Shown here: positions 52,339 through 64,000 of the stretch, piece by piece | How positions within the stretch are numbered: the first letter of the stretch is position 1 | Layout of the letters: each line of letters starts with the position of its first letter | From: Trichosphaerium sp. ATCC 40318 | Lineage: Eukaryota > Protista > Tubulinea | NCBI GenBank assembly: GCA_038496445.1 | Contig: JALMLS010000075.1 | Coordinates: 186,001 to 250,000 of the forward strand | Reading direction: 5' to 3' | Length of the DNA stretch: 64,000 bases | Notes under the pieces: model-generated | The model's database searches: none | What the model was told of the DNA's origin: nothing | What the model saw: the letters and a program-made list of their open reading frames with translations, nothing else | Position numbers and translations under genes: made by a program

Positions 52339-55080
52339 ATGATGCAAGAACACAAGTACGATAGCGTTTAACAAGTTTTGAGAGTTACTAATTTTTTTTA
52401 ACTCAAACAGAAGCTACGGATCTACAACTAGTGAGAATATTTGGTCTCTGCGCCTAAGCACTGTGCCGGCGCCAAAAAGAGCTCCCCCAAAACCGAAGAA
52501 AGCTCATTCAACTGGTCAGACACGATCACAAAGCGCCAGGGGATCGAAACGATACTCAGTACGCTTTGCAGAAGCATTTTCTCCATCAAAGCGATCTAAA
52601 ACACCAAGGGCAAAGGTACAATATAAAATAGGTTTAAAAACGGAACTACCATACCCCTACACGACGTAATACTAATGTAATTGCACAGAAAACATCTACA
52701 GATCACCCAAAGAGCCTCAAATTCTTACTTCCAGGCGCTCAATGGCAAGTAGTACGATTTGTACCGGATGCAGTACTTCGTGACGTTGTTAGAAAAGTTT
52801 TCGACCGTTTTCCTAAATTAGGTACGTTAAAAAGCTAACACAAGCTAATCAACATTCTGAACAAACATATATCAATCATACGTAGTACTTTGTTGTTTTG
52901 TAGAATGCTGCCTTTTCTATCAATTTTTGCTAAATCAGTGACCAACCATAGATTTGGCCAATTACTTTCCTTGTAACCCTAAACATGTGGAATGCCCTCT
53001 TGACGATACGAAAACTCTTGGTGAACTAGCAGTAGGCGAAATTCTTATGAGAAAGAAAAAATCAGTATCAGCACGACAAAGAAAGTATTCAGAGATTTTA
53101 CAATGGCAAATGGAAGCACAAAAACGTAAAACGAAAATTAGAAGATCACAAAAAAGCCCTAAATTAAAAGAACAAGTGTACGTTTTTTATCAAAATGTAT
53201 GTTGTTCGATGTTTGCTTAATACTTTTTTTTCAGCTCGCCTAAGCGGTCTAGAGTGAGTCCTTCAACATCTACAAAGCGTTTGAGATCAAGGAAACATGT
53301 TCGCGTACAGTCTGAGACATCAAAGGCCTCTTATAGCGCTCCAGCTAGTATGCATGATAAAGACTATTCTATTCTATGCTGTTCACTTACCCATTTTTTG
53401 AGATGTTAGGCTTATTGCTCCAAAGCCCGTATTGAGAATAATACTACCAGATGATCAATGGGAGTATGTTAGATATGATGAAAAAGCTGTATTATGTGAT
53501 GTTATTGATGAAATGTGCGAGAAGCTACGCTTAGGTATGCAAACTTTTTTTTCTGAGATTTTTTTTTCTTGCTCTTCTTTGTTGCTTATACCAAGAAGGT
53601 GACCCTACTTATGCTATTGCGAAAAACACAACTACAGGAGAAATAATACATAAATCAACAAGAGTTAAAGCCTTAAGATTAATCGGTGTTGAAGAACTAG
53701 AGCTTTCAATAACAAACCCAAATCCTAAAAGAAGAAGACCAACTGAGTGGTCGTTTACTTCTAACACAAGTCGTCGTACGACTTTAATTCATTATAAAGT
53801 CAGCTTACAGAGTATTTCTAGATGACCCACGACTCAGAAGACGTGCTTCGTCATTGACACTTCATGACAGGAAAAGGAGTGTTGCAACTGTACGATTTAT
53901 CTTTTTCTTTTGGTTTGTAGGTTCTCTTGTACTTACAAGTCTCACTTTTAGGCTCTATTACAAAGTCCAACAACACTACATGCTATGAATGGAAAAACTG
54001 TCCAAAGACCAAGGCGTCGTGCGCCAGTATCAAGCAAACAAGCCCAAAAATTAAAGTCATCTGTGTCTATTGATAATTTACACAAATACAAAGTAATCCC
54101 GTCATCACTTCGAGCGTACCACTTACGCCTTTTCCTTAATAGGATACAAAAGAAGATGATTCAGATTGTACAGCTAGTATTGGGAGCCAATCAACCAATA
54201 CTGAAAGTTTGAGTGGCTCTGAAACAGTTAAGGTTATTAGCAATACAACTGAATTGGTTACCTCGGTGCGACCTTATATTAGTGATACAGGTACCAATAC
54301 ACCTATTTAATAGTCCTAATTAGTATTAGGCCATTATGATACATCATCAAACAACCTCGTTAACTGCCACATAAAGGTGAGGGGTCGCCAACAGTGGAGC
54401 GCTCTTATTGCCATTTTCACTTTTTTCTAATTTTTTTAGTCTCTCGTTGCTTGGATGAATGAATGCATGCGTGCTAAAGAGTATTTACGTGTTAAATCAT
54501 TGAAATATGATTTAAAAGATGGAACACAACTTTTATGTCTATTAGAGACATTATCTGGTCGTAAAGTTGATCCTACTTTTATTTATTCAAAATCAACAGA
54601 TTTTTCAGATAATCTTGAAAACCTTGATACAGTACTAAAGTTTGCTGAGTATCTTGGTGTGAGATCTGCCATTAATGCAAAGAGTACGTGAAGTAATATT
54701 CAAATCATTACTAATAAATAACATAAGGTGTGTACGATGGAGACATGTCCAATATAATTGGATTGCTTTTTGCAATTTGCGACTTTTATAAAGATTTTGA
54801 CCATACAAAGTCATCTTCTACACAAAAAATACCTATTGAAGAATCTTCTTCAAAACAAATAGATGAAGGGCACTTTAATCCCGTAAACTACACAAGAATA
54901 TCTGCCCACGTAAGGTGGCAAGAAAAACAACAAGAAGAAAATTTTAAGAATAGCGCATTATCACCAAAGCGTCCTAAACGTCGACCTAACCCAGATGCAA
55001 AAGTTAGAGTACTCTAAAATAATATATAATTAACAAACACATGTAACAAGAAGTTATCACCACAAAAAAAACAAACCTAG
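52339..55080 (+). CDS. Two ubiquitin-like (RA/RBD-like) domains + calponin-homology (CH) domain protein, multi-exon
   Basis: MMQEHK|SYGS.. start. Two related units: LKFLLPGAQWQVVRFVPDAVLRDVVRKVF and LRIILPDDQWEYVRYDEKAVLCDVIDEMC. CH domain: LVAWMNEC..VKSLKYDLKDGTQLLCLLETLSG..ENLDTVLKF..YDGDMSNIIGLLFAI. Confidence 0.75.
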
Positions 55081-55326
55081 CTGTACCATAAACCCATTAA
55101 CTGAAAGCGTAATTCTATTACTTACTGTACATTCATTTACCTCTCTTTAACTTTTTTGACACATGTATGCTTCCCAATTCCTTTGGCGGATACTATGTAA
55201 GTTAGAGTTTTGAGTGAGGATCGCATCAAACTTGAAGTGTACCGTCCTTACTTTTAAGTCCAGTTAGAAGGACCTCTTTCAAAAAGAACTTTTTTGCAAA
55301 GTAAAGATTATTAATTTTTATTTACT

Positions 55327-57621
55327 TTACAGGACATCTATATCAAGCATTTCTCTTTGTTCTGTTCTATCTGGTCTAAGTGTACGACATTGCATACGAT
55401 GTTGGTAATTTAGAGGATCTTTATACTGCTCTTTTCTTTGTGGTTCTTTTATGCCTTTCTTTTGCCATCCATTGTTTACTACCTTCCAATTCACTTTTTT
55501 AGGCGTGCCTGTAAAACACAGTCAACTATTTGATCAGTAGAAATACAAAAAACTGTGCGTAGAATTGCAAAGAGCGCAAAAATTTCGGTCCCTCCAACTT
55601 TGGCAATGATACAATAACCAAATGTCAAAAAAGAACAAAGACAGTTAATAAATTTTCTTATTTGAGTACCTTCGTGGTACCCAGCATCTTCCATCCTTTT
55701 TTTTCTATTTTCTGCTATAGAAATAGTACCTCCTACATGAATTAAAATGTACATAAACGTGGTCAAGAGTTCCTACCTGTTTCCTTATCCAAGAGAGTAT
55801 CTTTGAAATCAAAGTGTTTAATCAACATTTTTCTAACTGTTTCCATTTCCCATTTTACAATAAAAGGCATCACAGTATCTTGTACTGGTGCATTATGTAC
55901 AAAATCCTCTATAGGAGGTACATCTATTTTTGTTTGAAGTGTTGTCAATTTAAGAGCAAGTTCCATTGTACTTCGGCTTTCCTTCAACCTAAATTGTTAT
56001 TAGTTTGTTCCAAGAAAACGAAAAGTTGAGGAGTTTCAACTAATAGGTAACTGACTAATGTAGTACAATTGTACTAAATAATGCTCTAGTTATCAAATAG
56101 ATAAGAACAATAAATCAATCGAGGAAGGCATGGCAAATAAGCTCAGATTGTTCAGACTATTTTCAAAAAATATGATGGGAAAAAATACCTTAGACGATGT
56201 TTTTCTGGTATCTCTTCGATATTCTCCAACAGTGTCTCAATTGACCCTATTTAAATGTCATCAGCTTAATGACACTATTTCATATGAGCCTACCATATTC
56301 ACTGAGAAGGTTAGCAGCTGTCTTTGGGCCTATACCTGGGACCTTAAGAGACCCATTAAATCAACAAATCTAAGCTCGAGTGGAAAACTACATTCTACTG
56401 TACCTTTGGTATGTTATCTATTGGATCTCCTGTTATAGCTTGAATATGTGGTATTACTTCAGGTCTAACTCCCCACCTCTCGGTAACATCTGGCTCACCT
56501 TTCGAAACTAGTTAATGAACGAACAACTTTGTTTTTCTTACGTATCCAACGTGGCGTCTTTGTTGTCGGAAAGGGGTTATACATTGTTACATTAGGCCTT
56601 ACAAGTTGCATCATATCCTTATCATTGGTAGCGATTATAACATTATGACCTCTTGCACGTGCTAGTGCAGTATAGGTCGCAATTAAGTCGTCAGCTTCAT
56701 ACCTTAGAATTTTTATCAGTTTTTTTTTGCTGTTGAGAAGGTGGACAAGAATGCGCTGTACCCTGGTATGTTTATGCTGTTGATATTAAACGCTTCGTTA
56801 CCTTCTTTAATAATTTCAAACTGAGGCTTTAAATCAGCTCTCATGTGATTTAATGATGGTCTTGTCTTTTTATATTCAGGAAAGATTTCATGACGGTATG
56901 TTTTACCTGGGCTACATAAAATGTAACTAACTATTTCTTTGGTATTTGGTAAATAATGATACAACTGATCTATGTAAATTACAAGTCCGAAAATTTGCAA
57001 AAGAGAGAATGCACTTTCAAGTGTTTCAATGAATAGATTTCAGAATGTTCAAAAAAAAAACAAATCAGTCTCCACAAACGGCTTCCAAAAAAAATTCGAA
57101 TTCAACTATAGTTTTATGATCTAGACTAAATATTTATAAAGCGAATCACATGCATGAGAAGTTAAAAAATTAAACACAAAACAAAGAAAATATCAGCAAA
57201 GAAATGTCAGAAGAAAAAAAATGAAATGTGTCACCTGTCATTGCAAACAATTAGGTAATCCGGTTTCTCCCTCATAAGCAATAGAATCTGTCTTATATAT
57301 CCATACGCAGCATTTGTGCATATATTTTGACCAACAGTAAGCCTTGGAAGCGCAAAAAAAGCTTTGAAGATCTAAGGCTATTAACGGTTATTGTTTTAGA
57401 TATAAAACAGGCGTACAAGGTTCAATCCATCCACAATAACGGTATTCGGTAGTTCTTTCGAAACTGAACGTATTTAGTTATAAATGTACGTTAGTAATAA
57501 TCTACGTACAGCCTTCTGCGGCAGGGCCTGGTTTTTCAGCTTTTTTACGTTTTGTTCGTTTAAAAAGCCTTGAGCGCGATTGTAGTGTAACTGCGCGCGC
57601 TCTAGTTTTCGCTAGAAGCAT
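55327..57621 (-). CDS. Stand-alone DNA polymerase I-type 5'-3' exonuclease (flap nuclease) with probable mitochondrial presequence
   Basis: ATG 57621 MLLAKTRARAVTLQSRSRLF (Arg-rich, no acidic residues). Motifs VIVDGLNL|IFKAFFALPRL, KTYRHEIFPEYKKTR, GYEADDLIAT, TNDKDMMQLV, AITGD..VPGIGPKTAANLLSEYG (H3TH). Confidence 0.88.
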
Positions 57622-57711
57622 GCTTTGCTGTACATTCGTTGTACGTTGATAAACGTTAACCAGAAAAGCGTTGACAACCTATAACCATAAAATAGCTCTG
57701 TACAGCTTCTA

Positions 57712-59704
57712 ATGCGTAGATACTACTTATTTGGAGCATTATGGCCTGGAGACAGTAAAGATACTCACAAAGGCATAGAATCGTTACCACCATACGCGAG
57801 AATATCTATTGGCGGATGTCACATGCTAGCTCTCGACGTTAAAACTGGAAAACTATTTGGCTTTGGAGATAACGCTTATGGTACTTTAAATCAGCTTTCT
57901 AGTACGTAACAAACAAAGGCGCTAGGCCAACAAGCTCGGAAACAAACTTAGAACAAGATTTATCAAACAATAAGCTATCAATGCCGCAATGCGGCTGGGC
58001 TCACTCGCTATTGCTTTGTGGTAAGTGCATTTGCGTTTAAACGAAAAAAAAAGTGCCAAACTAAAAAATGTAAGACTCTGGTAGCGTGTACGCTTGTGGC
58101 TGGAATAAGTACGGCCAGTGTACAACACAATCTTCAGTACCAAGGCCTGTATTTGTGGCAAACAAGGTCCGACTGTGTGCTGCAGGAGAAGCCCATTCAT
58201 TGATTGTAACAAGTACTATTCCCGTTTGTTTGTTTGGTTTTGTTTTTATTGACACTGTTTAGATGAAAATAAGCTGTTCTCTTTTGGCTTTAATGAAAAC
58301 GGACAGCTTGGCACTGGAGATACAAAATCACGTGTACGAAAAAAGCACTTTCGTTGTGAGAATAGTTATAGATATTCAAGAAAAAAACAGGAAATCTTCT
58401 GGAGGGAGAAAACTTACTGTTCCTCTATAGAGCCAACCTTTTGAAGTTGTTGACTTCCTTATTGATTCAACAATATCGTGTGGTTCACGACATTCCATAA
58501 TAACATCACGTGGTAAGGTTTATTTTTGTTGAATCACGGTTGAACAGAAAATAGTTTGAACCAATTGGTTTTGTATCGAAGGCACCCTTCCCTGTTGCAT
58601 TGTTTACTTTTTTTTTGCATACGCTTACTTATTGTTAGGAGGGCTATACACGTTCGGATGGAACGGATATATGCAATTAGGTGTTGGTGATAGTGAAGAT
58701 AAGCTCGTACCGACAAAAGTTGATTTGTTCGAAAATTTACAAAGCAGAGTTGATGCAATTTCTTCAAGTGTATGGCATAACTTGGTTAAGCTTGGTACTT
58801 AGTAATTTTTAAGATATCTCTTTATACCAACCAGAGCATTCAAATTGATTTTATGGTTCTTTTCATCGATCGAGATTAAAGCCAACAAATCAACTTAATA
58901 GAAGTTTTTTGACTTTTACTTTTCGCATGGTATCTACCTCGCTTTTATTTGTAGAGCTCCTATTATTGTGTTCTTATTACTGTTGAAGAAAATGGATTAG
59001 TCTTCAGTTGGGGATGGGGTGAAGATGGTCAATTAGGACATTGTGATACGAAAGCGAGTTCAACTCCACAAGTTATAAAGAAGTTGGCAATGAAAAAAGC
59101 TGTACAAGTAGCTACAGGTATGAATACTCATGTTAATACCAAGTATATTAATCAAATATTTCCCCTTCACATTTCTTATTGATACCTAGGGTCTAAGCAT
59201 AGTGTGCGTTATTTGAAAGACAAGACGAACAACAAACTTGTTAAACATTGGGTTTTTTTATCGATAAAAAAACGATATCGATTTTTTTCTTACTTTATTC
59301 GCTAAAATTGTTCACACCTTATTTTTATTGATACAATTATACAAGAAAGTTGAACAACAACGTTCTATATAGAATAGAAAGAAACAAGTTTTTTTAGTTT
59401 GAATTTGTACTAACTTTATAATGAAATCGTACATCCCTCTTTTCAACAAAATGTTGATAAGTTCGTTTGCCTTACATACCATCCCCGGCTACTACTCAAA
59501 CGTGTTGCTTATTTTTGTTTGTTATAGTTGGTTCTCATGGATGATAACACTGTATACGGATTCGGAACATCAGATTTTGGAACAAGAGAAACTAGTGATG
59601 ATGTTCGCTTTGTTGAACCTACAATTATTTTACAAGGAAAGAAATCAGTTAGGATTTACGCATCATCATGGGCGTCTATAATCGAAGTTAAAACTGGTTG
59701 TTGA
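57712..59704 (+). CDS. RCC1-repeat beta-propeller protein, multi-exon
   Basis: Repeats GGCHMLAL..GKLFGFGDNAYG, CGWAHSL, VYACGWNKYGQC, CAAGEAHSL, FSFGFNENGQLGTG, FSWGWGEDGQLG. Confidence 0.88.
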
Positions 59705-59759
59705 GCATTGTAAATTTCACTTCATGTCCTTGTATGTTGGCCAGTAAATAAAAATATCT

Positions 59760-60410
59760 AAGGCTGTAATCTAGCCACTAAACATTGTAGTCCTACCAAA
59801 CCGAGTATTTGCTATGAATAAGCAAGGAAAGAACTCTCTAAACAAGTTTGGAAAATACAAAAGTGGTCACATTTGTAGGCAGAGTCAATCCTCTCGCTTG
59901 TTTGATGCTCCATTGAAGTCGATTTCTAGTAATAGGATTAGCTCAGGTGTGTTGATTGCAGTAATCTATACCAGAGTACATTCTAACCTTCGGCTGAGGC
60001 AAACATACATGACAAACAAAGTTGACGGTTTAAGTACTCACCTAAATACGTCTTGTGAACGGCACTACGATAGGAACGGTACCAAACCCTACCACCACTG
60101 CTACCTCAATAGAAACACAAAGAGATGCGAAGCAGTAGAACACTGCAATATTCCAAACAACACTTGCCCAGAAATACGCCACATCATGTGAATTATTCGA
60201 TATGTTAAACTGTCACAAGTATTGGACTCATGGACGTGATTATATTGGCCAAAGATGTTCTTTTAATGATAGAATAGGTACCTGTGTAAAGTAAGGACCG
60301 GTCCTGGTGTTGTAACGAAACAAAATACTGTGGAGTATTTCTTGAATAATATATAACAAATTCTTGGTGCTGCGATAGCCACAAGACATTTTGTCTTCCC
60401 CAACATTGTC
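59760..60410 (-). pseudogene. Possible decayed gene remnant
   Basis: Exon-like pieces (GSSGGRVWYRSYRSAVHKTYL, PKVRMYSGIDYCNQHT*ANPITRNRLQW) with splice-like ends and in-frame stops. Confidence 0.3.
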
Positions 60411-60569
60411 TATAGTTTAGTTGTCCTGGTTAGTAAACTGATAGTGACAGAACTCTAACAAGTATAACTAAACAAGTCAGCTCATGTCAGCTCAAGAAAA
60501 CAAGAAAAACTAAGGTAGAGAAGGGCTTGGCTGAACGTGAATAAAACGAAATTAGTGCACAATACTGGT

Positions 60570-61346
60570 TTATTCTAAGTCATGTTCGAACCATAATACA
60601 CCTGTTATATAACCAAACCTGTTATAACCAACAACAAACATGATATAACATCGATAGTTAATAACAGTTGCTACATGATATGTTTCCTTTACACTAACGT
60701 CACTAAGATCACCTCCACAAAAGTTTAATTTCATCGTATCCAAGACTTTGATAGACAACAGGTAGTTCACCTCTGCTTCCACGCCAATAAGATCTAGAAA
60801 TTCGTCACCGAATGGAGGAAGATAATCTTTGTTTTTTCCTCCTTTTTTATGGTTATGGGTATGTAAGAATCCAACAACTTCATAATCTAGCGAATATCCA
60901 TCACCATATGACTCTCCATATGTATGTTCAAATGACAGATACTCCTTCAAAGAGAACAGAGTGAAAAGCCTCTTTTGGCAATCCTTGACGTCATTAGAGC
61001 ATGTTTTGGGATCTAACAGAAGCCACGTTTCTGTTGGCATCAACACTGTGAACTTCTTGTACTTTTCAGATACCGTACGTATCAAGTTATGCTTAAAGTC
61101 TTTTTCGACGGTTCCATAGACACTTGAAATACCTTCGTTAACTTCAATTTGCCATAACTGTTTGTAATATGTTAGTGCTTGTACTATAATTGTTTTTGAG
61201 AGTATAATCGAGCGAAAAGCATGCGATACAACCAAACAATCTACAAGAGTTTCCAAGTTGGTTAAAAGCACTTGTTTTATTATCTCCTGGAGTATTTCTG
61301 GCGGTACGAAACCGAAAACGTCTGCTTTGCAACCCACATCAGACAT
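60570..61346 (-). CDS. Intronless F-box-like protein (258 aa)
   Basis: Uninterrupted ORF; N-terminus FGFVPPEILQEIIKQV..LVDCLVVSHAFRSII resembles an F-box. Confidence 0.7.
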   Translation of the reverse strand: MSDVGCKADVFGFVPPEILQEIIKQVLLTNLETLVDCLVVSHAFRSIILSKTIIVQALTYYKQLWQIEVNEGISSVYGTVEKDFKHNLIRTVSEKYKKFTVLMPTETWLLLDPKTCSNDVKDCQKRLFTLFSLKEYLSFEHTYGESYGDGYSLDYEVVGFLHTHNHKKGGKNKDYLPPFGDEFLDLIGVEAEVNYLLSIKVLDTMKLNFCGGDLSDVSVKETYHVATVINYRCYIMFVVGYNRFGYITGVLWFEHDLE

Positions 61347-61613
61347 AACTTGAGTATTTCGACTAAAGAGTCTTATCTAATGTCACGTGACACGAAAACA
61401 AGTCAAGTTCCTTCCTTCTTCAGAAATCGCTGCAGGATTGACAGATCCTAACAACCATTGGTAGATCGAAGCGTGACAACAAATAGTGGGTAGGGTATTA
61501 CATCAGAGGCAAAAAGTAGTTGCTTGGGCCAGTAAAATAGACTAAAAAACAAGCTTTGCTTACATTAAAAAAATAGAGAATATTTGACGCGCAGGTCAGG
61601 TAGGTGCACACGT

Positions 61614-63200
61614 CTACATATTTATTTGATTTACGATACCAAACAGCTTTCCTAAACCCTTTCCACATACTTTACAGTAATTATATTCTTCAGACATTTG
61701 GTTGTTGCAGCGGCTACATTGTTGAATGTCTACTCGTGCTTGTATCTGTATGCAACATCAGTGTTTGCTTGTGAGAAGCGATTAACGTACATTACTCCCA
61801 ATTATGTTGGGGATTCTGATAGTATCATCTGAAGAGTAGACACGCCGAACCGTGTTCGTCTGAGCTCGCTTATGCTCATTTTTGAGATTTTGGCATAGTT
61901 TGCGTAATCTGGGAAAGCGCGTAGTCCAGACCTTTTGTATGATACCTTTTACGCACAGTATTGTGCCTACTTCAGATACCTTGCCAGCTGTCTCTAGGCC
62001 ATCATTTCCGATTTTGAGTAGATACGCTAAATACAAAACCATATGGTCTTCTACAAGAGGCACACCATAGTCTTTAAAACGAAACCATCCGCAAAAGAGT
62101 GTATATTGGTTATAGTACTGCCTACGAAATCCGGCTGGGATCATTACTTTGGCTTTTATATTTTCTATATAAGCCAACTGCTCTGCTGAGAACTGACTGT
62201 GGCAAGGCGGAGCTTCCATGATTCTGTCTAGGATTTAAGAGATATTTGTTTAAAAACCAAGACTCGACTCTCTTCGCTGCATTAGAGACACGTAAACAAA
62301 CAATGTTGTGTTTTTCTTTATGCACCAACACGGGTAGTTGCATTGGGTTTGGGATCGTTGCATCAGTGATTTCAGATCGTTTACTGTGCTGATGTTCTTT
62401 GCTAAGACTTGCAAAACTACACTGTAACAGAGCAGGGGAAACAAAATAAGGCCACTCAACCACAGAGCCTGCTCAAACCTGTAACGAACATCCCTTAACT
62501 GAGAATTAAGCATGAAGTTTGTTAACATTAATTGAATGTTATATCTTACTACGTTGATGTCGTACGGATTATTTACCTGTTTACCTGTACAAAAAACATA
62601 CTAGTCAACATTTAATCATTAAAAAAAGCAGTTTAGCGTTACTTTCGCTAAAAAGAGCTTCATTCTTTACACTGCGCCTAATCCTGCCGACATACTGGAC
62701 AACAATTCGTTTCAGTAGTAATGATTCCTCCAGTACGCCTGACCAGTATCACTCAATCCATAAAAGAGTAATGGTGCTTGTAAAGTGTGTGCAAGCTATT
62801 TTTGACTATTTTACGAACAGGAAAGTAGAAATTTTTTGAGGAAGTTCCTTCTTTTAAAGAATAAATTCCTTTCAAAACGCTTGCCAAATGCACGTGACGA
62901 GTGAGAAGTTCCTTGTTTTCAAAACCATCAGCTACAATTCCCGCAAACGCAACGTAGTAGACAAGAAAACAGTTGCACAATATTTTTTCCGTAGTTTGGA
63001 GAAACAAGCAACGTAGCACTCTCAAGGCGGTATAAAGTACCCCACACAGAAGAGCGTTGTAGTGCAACTAAAATTAAAGTCCAAAAGTACTCTGAAGTAC
63101 TTGCTAAAAGCATATTAGAGAAATTCTCGACACCAAAAAAAAACTCGATAGCTTTTGATTCCAGCGCAAAACTATGCTTCTCACACGATTGTATTGACAA
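61614..63200 (-). CDS. Hypothetical multi-exon protein with C-terminal zinc ribbon
   Basis: Minus-strand exons 62753-63067, 62250-62528 and 61782-62219; last exon QQCSRCNNQMSEEYNYCKVCGKGL..* (CxxC..CxxC). Start uncertain. Confidence 0.6.
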
Positions 63201-63285
63201 CGTATATTACACCAACGTACAAATTAAGAATTGACGTGTTCCATAACGAATATGGAACTTCCTCTGCTCTTTATTTACCTCAAAC

Positions 63286-63633
63286 ATGCTTGGAAAACGC
63301 AGCATGAGCGCTGAAAACAGTTACGGTGCTCCATCAAGCTATTATTCAACGTGGAGTATTCATAACGAACCAAAACGCTATAGTTCCGATAACATACCAC
63401 CAAACTTCAGCTACAACCCATATACCCAACCAATACAGACAAAAAACACTTGCAAAGCAAATGATCAAATACACGCTAAGTGTTCTCCACCAACTGGAAG
63501 TTCAATTCTCCGACCCGAGCCAGTCAAACCACAGGCAATACTACGCCGCAGTCACATAGAACGTCGCCCAGAGGGTCCTAATATATTACGCTGGAGGCAA
63601 GGTATATCAAAATGGGAAGTGGGGAAATATTGA
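63286..63633 (+). CDS. Small hypothetical protein (115 aa, Pro/Ser-rich)
   Basis: ATG in AAACATG context as in other genes here; single ORF followed by an AT-rich 3' region. Confidence 0.45.
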   Translation: MLGKRSMSAENSYGAPSSYYSTWSIHNEPKRYSSDNIPPNFSYNPYTQPIQTKNTCKANDQIHAKCSPPTGSSILRPEPVKPQAILRRSHIERRPEGPNILRWRQGISKWEVGKY

Positions 63634-64000
63634 AAAAAAACGAAAGAGTAAGGTAGATAAAAACTTGTATTGTAGCGCTTGTATATTTGTAAAACAGTGT
63701 AAAAAAATAAACATTCTGATGAACACACGAACAAAAAACATTATAGATCTCTATTCTCATTGATGACACTTGACTTCATGAAGAAAACTGTCATTACCTT
63801 TTTTGTAAAAAATGTTTATGAATGACTCACGTTGTAATGGACGTAGCAGCATTCAACAAAGCTTTCAGGTTACACGCAATTAGTCTGGTTTTGTTTTTTA
63901 TGTTTTAAGGCCTGTAGACTAAGAAAAAACAGAAACTGCAGCAAGGGTTGGTATAAAATGTTCATTTATTTAAAGGTTCACAAAAATTAAATTAATCAGT

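Noticed and set aside
1-64000. Prokaryotic systems (operons, defence islands, IS elements) or non-canonical introns
   Set aside because: Genes are spliceosomal-intron-rich, all introns inspected were GT-AG, and no transposase, integrase or reverse-transcriptase motifs were seen.

Overview
Gene-dense, AT-rich (~35% GC by eye) eukaryotic nuclear DNA with many short (~40-60 nt) GT-AG introns, so the ORF track shows exon fragments. Receptor-type TKL kinases, a Frizzled/Smoothened-like 7TM protein and a PA-domain 7TM protein point to a free-living protist, probably an amoebozoan (inference). About 19 protein genes were reconstructed by hand. The centre (26.5-49.1 kb) is a mirror-image array of four ~4.15 kb ricin-B-lectin + GH3 beta-xylosidase paralogues (two +, two -) with patchwork gene conversion. 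In the 2.3 kb spacer at the symmetry centre lies the most unusual element, a circularly permuted tRNA-like gene (39103-39182, minus strand). Its 3' half precedes its 5' half by 6 nt, and the halves rejoin into a near-canonical cloverleaf with a GAA anticodon and a Tyr-type C1:G72/A73 acceptor end. Other notable items are a short-repeat LRR gene resembling giant-virus LRRs, an LRR-PB1-pseudokinase, a bacterial-like GPI-anchored M12 protease, an organelle-targeted stand-alone PolI-type 5'-3' exonuclease, several decayed pseudogenes and window-wide enrichment of CACGTG. Exon boundaries are manual and approximate; no database searches were run.
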